Assembly (NCBI GenBank): GCA_001275005.1
Contig: JWZX01002637.1
Span: 1 to 52,787 of the forward strand
Length of the DNA stretch: 52,787 nucleotides
Direction of reading: 5' to 3'
From: Chrysochromulina tobinii
Lineage: Eukaryota
Shown here: positions 10,971 through 21,940 of the stretch, one piece after another
Layout: each line of letters starts with the position of its first letter
How positions within the stretch are numbered: position 1 is the first letter of the stretch
Program-made: the position numbers and the translations under genes
The notes under the pieces: model-generated
What the model saw: the letters and a program-made list of their open reading frames with translations, nothing else
Told to the model about the DNA's origin: nothing
The model's database searches: none

Positions 10971-11690
10971 ACTGATCGCTTCGGGCGCAGGCCGATCGCC
11001 GGGCGTGCAGGCGTGCGCCCGCCGTGCGCCCGCCGGGCGTGCGGGCTTGGGCGCTGGGCGGGGCCCCGGGGCGGCTCGCCGCTCGCGTCGTACTCGCGTC
11101 TCGTTGCGCGCGCGCATCAGAGGCAACTCACAGTACCCGGTGATGTGCGGTGCACGTTAAATCCGACCACCCGAGGGATACGCAGGTGTCGTGAAACTCG
11201 TCTCGTTTCATCGATTCGACATGCGTACGAAGGGTGTACGATAGCGCCTCTCGCGCGTCGCGCGCACTGATTCCCGTACCGCGTCGCCCGCCAGCCGGGG
11301 GCTGGCCCGGCCCGGCGGGGGCAGCACGCCGCGCCGGACACGGACCTCGAGACGTCGAGAAAAAAATCTAAAAATGCACGGCGAACGTCCGCGCGGCAAA
11401 TCACCGCGACTCTCGAATGTCTAATCTGAAATCTCGTAGGCACGTGGGGCACGAGACCGCGGATATGAACTGCCCGAATCGACGACCGACGTGTAGAGCT
11501 CGATGTAGAGCCAATAATGATGTGGGGCCGACGGCGACGGTCGCGGCCGTCATCGAACCTCAAACCGGCGCGGCGGCGAGACACCGCACCCGGACCCGCC
11601 CCGCAGCGCCTCAACTCCGAGCTCCGCCGGGATGAGCGGATGAAGTCTCGAGATGAAGTCTTGGCGGCCCTTGGCGGCCCTTCACCATCT

Positions 11691-13067
11691 CTACCTCTTG
11701 CGCTTCCCGCCAGACGGCGCCGCCATCCGGTATGTGAACGTCATCTTGCAGGTGCCAAGTGAGAAGGCCATGCCGTCGGAGAGCTTGACCTGCTCACTCA
11801 CGCGCCGTCCTTCCACATAGGTGCCCGAGGAGGAGCCCAAGTCGAGCAGGTAGCTCTCGCCATCCGGAGAGTGCACAACGGCCGCGTGCTGCCGCGAGAC
11901 CGAATCATCCTTCACCACGTAGTCGACATGCTGGGCCGAGCGCCCAAATGAGGTGCAGCGCGTGCGCAGCGGCAGCACCTCCTCCACGTCGCCGCCCGCG
12001 TCCAGGTGTGCCAAATATGGATTGGACACCGTGTTCGAGCGCACCTCGAGACGGCAGTCGCGCGCAGGCACATCGGCCCACGCAGGTGGCTGCCATTTCT
12101 CGACCTTCTGCGGCTCGAGGCCCGTCACGCGGAAGACTGTCGACTTGAGCGAACCGAAGCGCAGCGTGCTCCCTTCGATGAGCTTCACCGGATCCTCTCC
12201 CACCTTGACCCCCAGCCGCGGCACATGCAGCGTGCGGCCGCTCTCATCGTACCATGTTCCGTGCGCCGAGTCGAGGTCCTGGATGAAGGTGGCGCTCGAC
12301 GAGTTGATGATCACTGCGTGCTGCCGCGAAACCGTTGCGTCCATGACCACCACATCGGCCTGGGCGCCGTCGCGACCGACGAGGAACGTCGGCTGGCTCG
12401 TCAGCATCATGCTGCGCACCATTATCCCGCCCTCGAACGCCTCGAGCCGCGGCCGGTGCATCACAGGCAGCTTCGACCAGTCGGGTGGCCGCCACCGCCG
12501 CGGTGGTGGGCCAGTGGATGTGGACGCCTCATGCTCGGTGACTGCGCTTCTGCCAGCCGCCTCATCCGGATACCGCGCGGCGGTGTTTGGGAAAGCGTCG
12601 CCACCGCCACCTTGTGTGCTGGGATGAGCGGTCGTCTCATCGCCAACGTTGTCGTCAGCACCAGGATAGGGTCCAATGACTGCAGCATCGTCATCCTCGT
12701 CGTCACCATCAGGATAGGGTCCAATGACTGCAGCATCGTCATCCTCGTCGCCACCTTGTGTGCTGGGATGAGCGGTCGTCTCATCGCCAACGTTGTCGTC
12801 AGCACCAGGATAGGGTCCAGTGACTGCAGCATCGTCATCCTCGTCGTCACCATCAGGATAGGGTCCAATGACTGCAGCATCGTCATCCTCGTCGTCACCA
12901 CCAGGATAGGGCCCAACGACAGCAGCTTCGTCATCCTCGTCGTCACCACCAGGATAGGGCCCAACGACAGCAGCATCGTCATCCTCGTCGTCACCACCAG
13001 GATAGGGCCCAACGACAGCAGCTTCGTCGTCACCACTTCCGTCGGAAGACGCCATGCGAGCCACCAT
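11691..13067 (-). CDS. Tandem double-FHA-domain protein (kanadaptin/NIPP1-like FHA units) with an acidic repeat N-terminus and C-terminal NLS-like KRKR
   Basis: Two FHA cores: 'VGRDG...VSRQHAVI...IQDLDSAHGTW' and 'FGRSA...SVSRQHAAV...LLDLGSSSGTYV'. Each is preceded by a W-x-PP-x-W motif. Confidence 0.88.
   Translation of the reverse strand: MVARMASSDGSGDDEAAVVGPYPGGDDEDDDAAVVGPYPGGDDEDDEAAVVGPYPGGDDEDDDAAVIGPYPDGDDEDDDAAVTGPYPGADDNVGDETTAHPSTQGGDEDDDAAVIGPYPDGDDEDDDAAVIGPYPGADDNVGDETTAHPSTQGGGGDAFPNTAARYPDEAAGRSAVTEHEASTSTGPPPRRWRPPDWSKLPVMHRPRLEAFEGGIMVRSMMLTSQPTFLVGRDGAQADVVVMDATVSRQHAVIINSSSATFIQDLDSAHGTWYDESGRTLHVPRLGVKVGEDPVKLIEGSTLRFGSLKSTVFRVTGLEPQKVEKWQPPAWADVPARDCRLEVRSNTVSNPYLAHLDAGGDVEEVLPLRTRCTSFGRSAQHVDYVVKDDSVSRQHAAVVHSPDGESYLLDLGSSSGTYVEGRRVSEQVKLSDGMAFSLGTCKMTFTYRMAAPSGGKRKR
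12608..13035 (-). repeat. Coding tandem repeat: 48-bp unit (GDDEDDDAAVVGPYPG), 7 GPYP units, plus a higher-order ~144-bp duplication containing ADDNVGDETTAHPSTQG
   Basis: Near-identical DNA units (e.g. ccaggatagggcccaacgacagcagc) visible in sequence and translation. Confidence 0.9.
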
Positions 13068-13254
13068 TACGGCGCTTTTGAACAGGCTTTCTCATGAGTA
13101 CAAGTCAGGGCAGCCACTAATTTTCAGTTGACTAGTGCGTTGCCATGGCGTGATTTTTGCCAAGTTCGAGTTTCTCCGCATAGTTCCAATTCGGTCCCAC
13201 GAAAAAACGACGAGGCGAAAAAAGTCCTCCGTGTTTTGCGCTTCTGGGTTGAGG

Positions 13255-14091
13255 ATGTCAAGCCTGGCACACCTCGACAAGGACGGAGATGGAGACATCG
13301 ATTCGAGCGAGTGGGCGGCCGGCTACGCGCAGCTTGGCGCCTCCGCGCCGGGTGTGCCCAACCCCGCCGTCTGGTACGGCACGCTGCCCGATGGCCCGGC
13401 CTTCAGGATTACGCAGATCGGCATGGACAAGCTGTACAGCGCGCCGTCCCAGCTGATCGATCACCCTGAGTACAAAGACGAGACAGGCAAGGGCGTGATT
13501 GTCGGCTATGCGGGCCACGTGCCCCGCGCGCGCGACAAGGTCGGCGGCTCGCCGCTTGGCCACCTCCCAGGAACGCCGGTCTCGCCGAACGGCAAGGTAG
13601 GCATTGACATGGAGGCGATGATGAGTGGCAAGTTCAAGCGCGAGCTGCCGGCGGGGCGCGAGAAGACGTTCGCGCAGCACGAGTGCAAGCCTGACTACAC
13701 GCCCGAGGCGCGTGACAAGGGTGTTGCGGGCACGCAGAAGCCAGCGCTGTACGGCGAGGGCATCATTCCAGGCTATGGCGGCCACAAGCAGGGCGCCAAA
13801 TTCAACTACGGCTCGACTATCTACACCAACGGCAGGCCAAAGGGCGGCTCTGCGCACGATAACTACGGCGGGCGCAACCTCGCCTCCACGGGCCACGGCG
13901 CCGATTCGCTCGCCTCGGGCGACTACAACTACAAGGACGGGCGCATCGCGGACGCGTGGATCGACGACCACGGCATGGGCGGCAAAACGGAGGTGTGGCG
14001 GCGGGATGCGCAAGGCTTCAAGGACGGCGAGAAGTACATTGAGTTCGGTGAGATGGCGCACGTCCAGGTGGGCAAGAACCGCAATCACTGA
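13255..14091 (+). CDS. EF-hand protein with GY-x-GH (FAM166/CIMIP2-like PYG-type) repeats; putative microtubule inner protein
   Basis: Canonical EF-hand loop DKDGDGDIDSSE. Motifs IVGYAGHVPRARDKVG and IIPGYGGHKQGAKFNYGST resemble FAM166-family repeats. Strong coding-type codon bias. Confidence 0.7.
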   Translation: MSSLAHLDKDGDGDIDSSEWAAGYAQLGASAPGVPNPAVWYGTLPDGPAFRITQIGMDKLYSAPSQLIDHPEYKDETGKGVIVGYAGHVPRARDKVGGSPLGHLPGTPVSPNGKVGIDMEAMMSGKFKRELPAGREKTFAQHECKPDYTPEARDKGVAGTQKPALYGEGIIPGYGGHKQGAKFNYGSTIYTNGRPKGGSAHDNYGGRNLASTGHGADSLASGDYNYKDGRIADAWIDDHGMGGKTEVWRRDAQGFKDGEKYIEFGEMAHVQVGKNRNH

Positions 14092-15015
14092 GCTCGGAAT
14101 CGCGCCCCTGGAATCGAATGGTGGAGCGGGCCGAACGTAGCCTTCGGCTGCGTTGGGTCCGCGTGACGACCCCGCAGGGGTGGGGGGAGCGGGGTGGCGA
14201 GTCGCCCTTGCCGCGGGTGTGCGGTTCGTGAGGCGAGGGCTGTCCCTTGCCCCGATGTAACGCCACGACAGGACGCTTGCGCAGGTTGTGCTGATGAATG
14301 TGCTGTGTGGACAGCGTCACAGCGAGCGGAGCGCGGCGAGTCCGGTCGCGGTGTATGTGCCCCATCCCCAATGTGTGACTTGTGTATGTGTGCGGTTGTG
14401 GCGTGCGTGGAGATATGTGAGCTATGAGCGAGATATAACTCGAGCCGCGGCGAGTCCGTTCAAAGTCTTTGTGAAAATCGAATGCGCGCCCGGTGCCGGT
14501 CCCGCGCGTCGTCGCGCGGACACGCCGCGCGCACGGGCGCACGGCAGGGCGGGGCCCACAGGCGGCGGCGGCGGCGCGCGGGGTCGCACGTCGAGGGCGG
14601 GGGCCACCGGGGCCGGCACGTCCGCTTGCGGCGCACCGCGCGCACCAGAGTCCGGACCCGCGATATCGGCCTTGTATCGGAGCCTTGTGCAACCTTCGTG
14701 TGAATCATCGCAACGGATGGCACCGCGAGGGGATATCGGGGTTCGTTACCGGCCCCCGTTCTTGTCGACGGTGCCGACCCCGCGGCCTGCGGCCACCGCC
14801 TTCTAGGTGCGACCCGCCTTTTCGTTTCCCCGCCGCTTGCCTTTCACCTGGAGTTTTGTCCCCGTGCTTGCATCTTCTCCCCCCTCCCCGCCCCGCAGTG
14901 TCCCACTGACGCGCCGGGCCGACTACGGTCCGACCCTTTCATCGAGTTCATCGAGCTCATCCTGCGTGTGGTTTCAGCCTTCAGGTGCAGCGAACGCCGC
15001 CGCACTCGGGGCAGC

Positions 15016-17805
15016 TTATTTGCGCGCCGCTGGCGCGCCTCCCAGCGCGTCAACGGCCGCGGCGAGACGGCTGAGCCTCTCTGGCTTGAGGCTGAGCCCC
15101 TTAGGGGCGGTGAGCTCGAAGGCGTTCAGGATGGTCTGCAGCTGGCCGAGAGCATCAATAATGGCGGCCCGAATGGGCGCGAAGAGAATGGCGCGCGTCG
15201 AAGGCTCGGGCAGATAGGCGGCCATCAGAGCGTACGCGGGCCGCAGACCGGCCTCGAGACCCTGCTCGGCCTGCGTCATCGCCGCCTCGATGGCCGGGTC
15301 GTTGGGCATGGCGGACGCGCTCGGCCCTCCGGGGGACTTCGGCATCGCTCCGTCCGCGGCGGCGGGCGGCGCGAGCGTGTGTACGAGGCTCGTGATCGGC
15401 TTGGCGACAGCGTCGGTGCAGTGACGTATGAACTCCTCGCACGCGGCGCGCAGCTCGCGGTCGAGAGCGACCTTGGCGTCACGCTGCGACTTGACGAGAG
15501 ATGGAGTGCCCTGCTGCAACAGCTCCACGACGCCGCCCAAGCCCCCGAGACGACCGCGCCGCTCGACGATCGTGCGCATCATGGCCCGCGTCTGCGTAAA
15601 GTCGAGCCCCCGATCCGTAACGGCAAAGGCCGTGTCGAAGGGGGCGATCTGCTCGCGCAGCACCAGCAGCTGGGCGATGGAGAAAAGAGTGCCGTGCAGC
15701 CGCGAGCTGTCGCGATGCTTCGCGCGCACTTGCATGGCCGCGCGCTCCACAGACGCGGCGCACTCACTCAGGATCTCCTGCGCCAAGCCCTCGAAGACGC
15801 TTCGTGGTACGCACCGGTAGAGGAGCGCGAGGCACGAGAGCGCACGTGCCACCGTCACGTACCAGCCATCCTCCATGGAGGAGCCGCGCGTCTCATCAGC
15901 AGAGGCCGGAGGCTCCTCCGCAGAGCGAGGTGGCAGGGCCGTCGCCGGCGTGGCTCCGGTCGCAGCGGTCGCAGCGGTCGCAGAGGTCGCAGCCGCGCTG
16001 GTGGCGCCCATCGGCGTGGTGGGCGGCTCGGCCGCGGAGGGTTGCATCGGTGCTCCCACCGCCACGCGAGGCCACTCGAGATCGGCGGGAGATGGCCGGA
16101 AGGCGCGAATCTCATCCCGGATGAAGGTCTGCACACGGAAGGTGAGACGCTCCTGCGCATCCTGGAGGAGGCGCTCCACAATGGGGTAGAGGGGGCGGCA
16201 CGGCGCGCCGCCGTCGCTGATTGTCGGGAGTACCTCGGTGCGGCACACGAGCACCACCTCGCACAGCAGCGATGTCTCCCTCTGGCGCAGCAGCAGAGGT
16301 CGCATGTGGTCGTAGAGGGCATAGCACAGCGCCTCGATCTCGGCCGCGAGCACCGCTGCCTCATCCTCCGCACTGCCCGCCCCGGCTGAGACGCCATCGG
16401 AGCTGACCTTTTCGGAGGCCGCGCCGCCGACGCCGTCACCGGCGCTCCGCTCCACACCCAGGCCGCCCCCGCCTCCACCCTCGTCGCCCTCTTCGGAGGT
16501 TGCGAAGAAAGCGTGGAAAAGGGCGTGCTCGTTGCGGCAGACGCGCAGCACGTGGTTGCAGCAGGCGCGCGTCTGCGCGGCCACGTCTTGCTCTCCCTCC
16601 TCCTGCGCGATGCGCCCGAGCGCCGCGCGCAAGCACGGCCCGACGCCCGTGCGCCGATGGCGCCAGTACTCCTGCCGGGTCTCGCGCAGCACCGCACCCA
16701 ACTCGGAGCCCGAGGGGGCGCCCTTGTGTGCGCCCTCGAGCTCCACAATCCAAGGACGCACGCGCAAGGCGAGCTCGCGGAAGCGCAGGTAGAGTGTCTC
16801 GGTCTCGAGCGCCTCACGCGCGGCCGCGGCGCTCTCCGATGTGGCGATCGGTGCTGCGGCACTCCCTAGTCCGTCGACGGTGGCGGAGGAGGGAGGAGCA
16901 GCCGTGGCTCCTGCGCCGGCGCCGGCGCCGGCACTGCCTCCGATGTCGGCGGCGATGGCCGTTGACTTGCCAGCTGCCGCGGGCTGCGCGGGCTGCGCGA
17001 GCTGCGTGAGCTGCGCTGTCGCGGCCAGCGTGAGCGCATCCAGTGGGCGTGTGACCAACGCGGCCGCCAGCCGCAGCGCGCGCGCACGCAGGGCGTTCAC
17101 TTGGGCGAGATGGACAGCCGAGTTGGTCCAGTGGGCATGCGCCTGCAGGTGGCGCGCGGACTTGTCGAGCGTGGCGAGTGCCTGCACGAGCGGATGCGCG
17201 GGGGAGTGCGGCGTGTCGTCGCGCCACGCGAGCCGGTCAAGCGTCGCGCCCACGGCTTTTGCCTCCTCGAGAGGTGCTAGCTGGGCATGTAGCGCCTCGT
17301 TGATGGCGGCCTGCTCGCGCAGGTTGCGCATCTGCGTGCCGACCTCCGCGAGCATCTCGGAGGTCGTACCGCGCATCAAGGCGCATTCCCGCGCCTTTTC
17401 GTCGAGCCGCCTGCGCAGCTCGTCCGCGCCCGTGGCGACTCTCACGCAACAGTCGTGCATGCCCTTGAGACGGCGCAGTTCCGCGTGATCAAGCTCGTAG
17501 AGATCCTTGCGCGTGATGGCATCGATTCGCAGTACAAACGCCTCAAGATCGCCCATCGTTCGCACCGGCGCGACAGAGCCAGGCGGCGCATCCGCTTTGC
17601 GATGGCGCACGAGCTGGGGATTTTCCGGGTCGAGAGGTGGCGCCGCGTTCGGGTCGAGGGAGTAGGCCACGTCGGCATCGTCATCATCGTCGGTGGCACC
17701 GGTGGTCTCGCTTTCGCCCGTGTTGGCCTGCGCCCAGAGTTCGAGATGCCGAATGGCGTCCAGCTGCGACGCGCTGAGCACCGCGCGGTCCGCGAAGGAC
17801 GACAT
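15016..17805 (-). CDS. COG3: Conserved oligomeric Golgi complex subunit 3 (COG3/Sec34)
   Basis: Motifs 'RLLQDAQERLTFRVQTFIRDEIRAFRPSPADLEWP', 'WYVTVARALSCLALLYRCVPRSVFEGLAQEIL', 'LFSIAQLLVLREQIAPFD' and 'AYLPEPSTRAILFAPIR'. Alternative in-frame ATG at 17862. Confidence 0.92.
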   Translation of the reverse strand: MSSFADRAVLSASQLDAIRHLELWAQANTGESETTGATDDDDDADVAYSLDPNAAPPLDPENPQLVRHRKADAPPGSVAPVRTMGDLEAFVLRIDAITRKDLYELDHAELRRLKGMHDCCVRVATGADELRRRLDEKARECALMRGTTSEMLAEVGTQMRNLREQAAINEALHAQLAPLEEAKAVGATLDRLAWRDDTPHSPAHPLVQALATLDKSARHLQAHAHWTNSAVHLAQVNALRARALRLAAALVTRPLDALTLAATAQLTQLAQPAQPAAAGKSTAIAADIGGSAGAGAGAGATAAPPSSATVDGLGSAAAPIATSESAAAAREALETETLYLRFRELALRVRPWIVELEGAHKGAPSGSELGAVLRETRQEYWRHRRTGVGPCLRAALGRIAQEEGEQDVAAQTRACCNHVLRVCRNEHALFHAFFATSEEGDEGGGGGGLGVERSAGDGVGGAASEKVSSDGVSAGAGSAEDEAAVLAAEIEALCYALYDHMRPLLLRQRETSLLCEVVLVCRTEVLPTISDGGAPCRPLYPIVERLLQDAQERLTFRVQTFIRDEIRAFRPSPADLEWPRVAVGAPMQPSAAEPPTTPMGATSAAATSATAATAATGATPATALPPRSAEEPPASADETRGSSMEDGWYVTVARALSCLALLYRCVPRSVFEGLAQEILSECAASVERAAMQVRAKHRDSSRLHGTLFSIAQLLVLREQIAPFDTAFAVTDRGLDFTQTRAMMRTIVERRGRLGGLGGVVELLQQGTPSLVKSQRDAKVALDRELRAACEEFIRHCTDAVAKPITSLVHTLAPPAAADGAMPKSPGGPSASAMPNDPAIEAAMTQAEQGLEAGLRPAYALMAAYLPEPSTRAILFAPIRAAIIDALGQLQTILNAFELTAPKGLSLKPERLSRLAAAVDALGGAPAARK

Positions 17806-17984
17806 GTTTCGTTGCTCCCGCTTTGCCAAGGAGAAGCTGTCATTCAGAGACGCTATGAACACCCCTCATGCAAGTATCACTCACACTATCGCGTCTATGG
17901 CTCTACACATAACTAAGAGTCCCCGACTCCAGTACTTTGGGGGATGATGATGCCATGAAGAGAGATGCTGGGATCTGTTTGGGT

Positions 17985-18000
17985 GGTGTTAAAAAACACC
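17985..18000 (-). promoter_or_regulatory. Histone mRNA 3' stem-loop (6-bp stem, 4-nt loop)
   Basis: The minus strand reads ...AAACCCC GGTGTT TTTT AACACC ACCCA..., starting 41 nt after the H4 stop codon. Confidence 0.85.
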
Positions 18001-18041
18001 GGGGTTTGTGTTGTTGAGGGCTCTGTCGAACCTCGGGGCAT

Positions 18042-18533
<492 letters not shown>

Positions 18534-19898
18534 TTACCCCGCAAACGGCCAGCAGTGCCCCAGCAGCGCTCACCATTCATGCCGGCCGCCTATCGCAAGC
18601 GAGCTTGAGCCGCCGCTGTATTGACCTCCACCACGCTCCACGCCAACGGGCATCCCGCGACCACGACGGTGATCGCGCCGCCAGCTGCTGCTGCTGCTGC
18701 ATCCGCACCGTCGTCCGCAGCCGGCCCGTCCCATAAACGGGCCCCCGTTCTTCGAATTCGGGCTCGTGACCGACGCACAAGCGGCCGACAAGCCTGACGA
18801 CAGCGGTGAGGCATCCGTTCTATCGTGCGGCCGCTCGGCCTTTCTGTTTGTCGACTTCTGGCTGCGCGGGTTCGGCCGGCGGCGTTCTAGCCAGTCGCCA
18901 CCACCACTCGCGCGCGTGCTCTCGCTCGGAAACATATCAATGGTCGCGTCAGTCAACCCTCGAGCGCCGCCGACTTCTGGGATCATGATTGGTGCATTGC
19001 AAACGCCTGCCGGCACACGGCCCTCAAGAGCTGTTCACGTGGTCGGCAACCGTTGCTTCAGTTCAGGCCACGCGCTGCGCTCATGAGCGCGCTTCAGCTC
19101 TCTGTGTGCTACTACCGGCGCGAGCTTGCCCCCGGCTGGGCGCAGCTCGTGCTCGACACGGCGCTCCTCGTGCTCGACACGATCAGACGACACACGATCG
19201 GGCCGTGGGGTCGGTCGAGGCGGAAGAGGCGGCCGCGTATCTCGCGTCGCACGAGGGCGAGGAGCGCTTGATGCGACAAAGGCAGCCTCGGCGCCCAGCA
19301 GCGCCGCTGCTCGATGCGGAGCTTTCGCGCGAAGGTCGAGCGCATGAAGCGCATCAGCACGCCATCGGAATGCCATCAGCATGCAAGCGAGCGCGTGAAG
19401 CCCATCGTTGCCTCCCACCGCGGCACACTTCGGGCACACGGCCGGTCATCAGAGGCCTCGACGCTCGAGGGGCCGGACTCCCCCGCACATGCGCCCGAGG
19501 CGGGCAACGCTCGCGCTCGAGTGCGCCGCCCGCGGATGAGAAGAAACAGGCATGTGGCACGTATGGATAGATGAGCCCGGGGGCGAACTGCCGTCCGCTG
19601 TGTCCCGGCTGATCCCCCCTCCGCCGGCTCCCCCGGAACGGTGTTTTCCTACTGTACCGGTGCTGTCGTGCGGGTGTGGTTGCCGGTGGGTTTGCGCGGC
19701 GTTTGCCGTTTGGACGTGGTAGTGTGACAGAGGTTGAAATCTATGACTCATTGTAGGTCACTGTAATCCGGGTATCCGTGTGACCCGTGTTTGTCCCGGC
19801 TCCCCCCGGCGCCTTTATACACGAGCGTAAAAATTCTGTCAGATTTTCGCGCAGTCGTGTTAACGTTCACACGTGTGCGTTCTCGGGCCGCCACCGCC

Positions 19899-21599
19899 AT
19901 GGTACCGGTACTTCTGGCGGTGGCTGTGCTGTGGACTGCCAGCACCGCACAACCAGCCACCGTAGACACATGCGAGCATCACAAGGGCTTGTGCGACCAA
20001 GTCGAAACACCAATGATACGCAACCAATTGCTCGAGTGGTACGGGGTCATTCCGCCGCGAATAGCATTCCCGGAGCTGACGAATTGCACGGGGCATGGAA
20101 CCGGTATACAGTCTTTCTTGAGTTGCAGGAAGCCGGACGCGTGGTGTCCGATGCAACCATCGCAGCAGCAGGATGCGCCCCCGAGGCTGTTTGGAACCAT
20201 CCCATGCCAGCTACTCAGCACTTGCAAAGGGCTGGCAGACACCATCCGATTCTACCGCCCTAATGGGCCTTCTGGCAACCTGGAGCGCTGCTTGCGAAAC
20301 AAACGAATCGTCGCCCTGGGCGACTCCGTCTTGCAAGAGCTCACCCTGGAGCTCATGATGACGCTCGCCGAGAAGGAGCCGGTCTTCTCTCTTAAGATGC
20401 TCACCCTGGAGCACAAGTTCCGGACTGCCAATGCGCTCAAGGTCTCGCATGGGCCAGTGTCCGTGACCTATCATAACACGGGCCGCAACTACACGTTCAC
20501 GGACTCGCGGCTGAATTTCACCCTGCAGTACCTGTTTTCGGGAGGTCTCAACTTGTCAGACCACGGCGGGCTCCGTACACTTGTCGAGCCGGAGTTTGAG
20601 TCGGAGCTCCTGCGGCTCGGTCTGCACCAGACGTCCTCGCCGGCTGAGCGCCCCGACGTGCTTCTGACCGGGAACACATTCCATGACGACACGAAGATGG
20701 GTGATCTCAACAGCCAATGTGTCAGCCAGTGTGAGTGCAACAAGACCTTCTCGACACTCACTGCTGAGTACTCTCACTACGGGCGTCTTGTGGCCTTCTG
20801 GCTGCATGACGTCCAGAAGCGCGGCACGAAAGTCGTGTGGCACACTCTCTTCGGCCGCCTCAAGAAGCCGTATAATGCTCGCGTCGACCCGCTGCGCGCC
20901 GTCGTCGAGAAGCTAGCTCTTGATGCTCTCGACGCTATGGGATTCTTCGAGGCTGGCGGGCAGGCCGTCGACCTCTGGCCGCTCTACTCGGCGTACTTTA
21001 ACGAGGGGTCCAAGACACCCGTCTTTGGCGACGGCATCACTAACGGTGGCTACGGTCCCTCCTCGCTGCACCACGCGGCGCTGTCCGTCCGCGACTGGCA
21101 CATCCCGCCAGACCTGATTGCAATGCGAGTCCAGTGGACTCTGAACCTTTTGTGCAGTACCTCCTCGGCCGAGCTCTGCGGAGACGTGCGCGATGAGGAG
21201 ACCTCTTACTTCCTCCATCAGGCGGCCGCCGTCCACCGCAAGCATGCCATGTGCTCGTGCGGACCCTTTGGCATGTCGATTGCCCCAGCGTACTTTTGTA
21301 ACCCGTCGACTCCTATCGGCCGTCACGTCAACTTCCACGACCAACTCATGGTTGATCTGTCAAGGAAGTGGTCGCAGTTTAATCACTCGCGCCGCGCGAA
21401 TACTCACGCCAAGACAGCACAGAAACACGCCGGTGCAACGGCGAGTCGACTGGCACCCATGGAGGCTTCGTCGGCTTCGTCGGCTTCGTCGGCTCCCGGC
21501 AAGCGCACGGACGTGGAGGCTCTCACCAAAGAGCTCGACGAGGTGGAGGCGAAGGCGGCTTCCCTGCGTGCCAAGATCAAGAGCACTATGGAGCACTGA
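19899..21599 (+). CDS. Secreted/lumenal SGNH-type (PC-esterase/TBL/NXPE-like) acyl-esterase or O-acetyltransferase-like protein
   Basis: Signal peptide MVPVLLAVAVLWTASTA; 'CLRNKRIVALGDSVLQEL' (GDS block); 'PDVLLTGNTFHD' (block III-like); late His in 'SSLHH'; C-terminal coiled coil. Confidence 0.7.
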   Translation: MVPVLLAVAVLWTASTAQPATVDTCEHHKGLCDQVETPMIRNQLLEWYGVIPPRIAFPELTNCTGHGTGIQSFLSCRKPDAWCPMQPSQQQDAPPRLFGTIPCQLLSTCKGLADTIRFYRPNGPSGNLERCLRNKRIVALGDSVLQELTLELMMTLAEKEPVFSLKMLTLEHKFRTANALKVSHGPVSVTYHNTGRNYTFTDSRLNFTLQYLFSGGLNLSDHGGLRTLVEPEFESELLRLGLHQTSSPAERPDVLLTGNTFHDDTKMGDLNSQCVSQCECNKTFSTLTAEYSHYGRLVAFWLHDVQKRGTKVVWHTLFGRLKKPYNARVDPLRAVVEKLALDALDAMGFFEAGGQAVDLWPLYSAYFNEGSKTPVFGDGITNGGYGPSSLHHAALSVRDWHIPPDLIAMRVQWTLNLLCSTSSAELCGDVRDEETSYFLHQAAAVHRKHAMCSCGPFGMSIAPAYFCNPSTPIGRHVNFHDQLMVDLSRKWSQFNHSRRANTHAKTAQKHAGATASRLAPMEASSASSASSAPGKRTDVEALTKELDEVEAKAASLRAKIKSTMEH

Positions 21600-21940
21600 A
21601 GATGTGAGGGAGCGCTCTCAAATGGATTGATATTCATGTACAAGACCAAGTGTACAACATCGGACTGTCGAGGACCCTCAGGAGAGCTGAGTGTCTTGTG
21701 CCCCTCGGAAGTTTTCAAGTTAGTCTTAAAATGTGTGCACGTGTTCACTCCCCGTCTCTTCCGCACAGCCCGACTCACGGCGGCTGCATTGCTCCCAAGA
21801 GGCCGACGCGCCTGGTTGGGGAGCTTTCCGGATAGTCCAAGTTTTCGTGCGGTGTGGTTACATGTACAAACCTGCTTTTTGATGCGCTCGTTAATGGAAA
21901 CCCTGTGACAAACCAAGCCCTTGGGTGGCAGCTCATACAA

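Noticed and set aside
12608..13035. 48-bp repeats as a CRISPR-like array
   Set aside because: The units are contiguous, a multiple of 3 and in frame within the FHA gene, with no unique spacers.
14092..15015. ORFs in the region between the EF-hand gene and COG3
   Set aside because: They are Arg/Ala/Pro-rich translations without codon bias or motifs; most likely convergent 3' UTRs.
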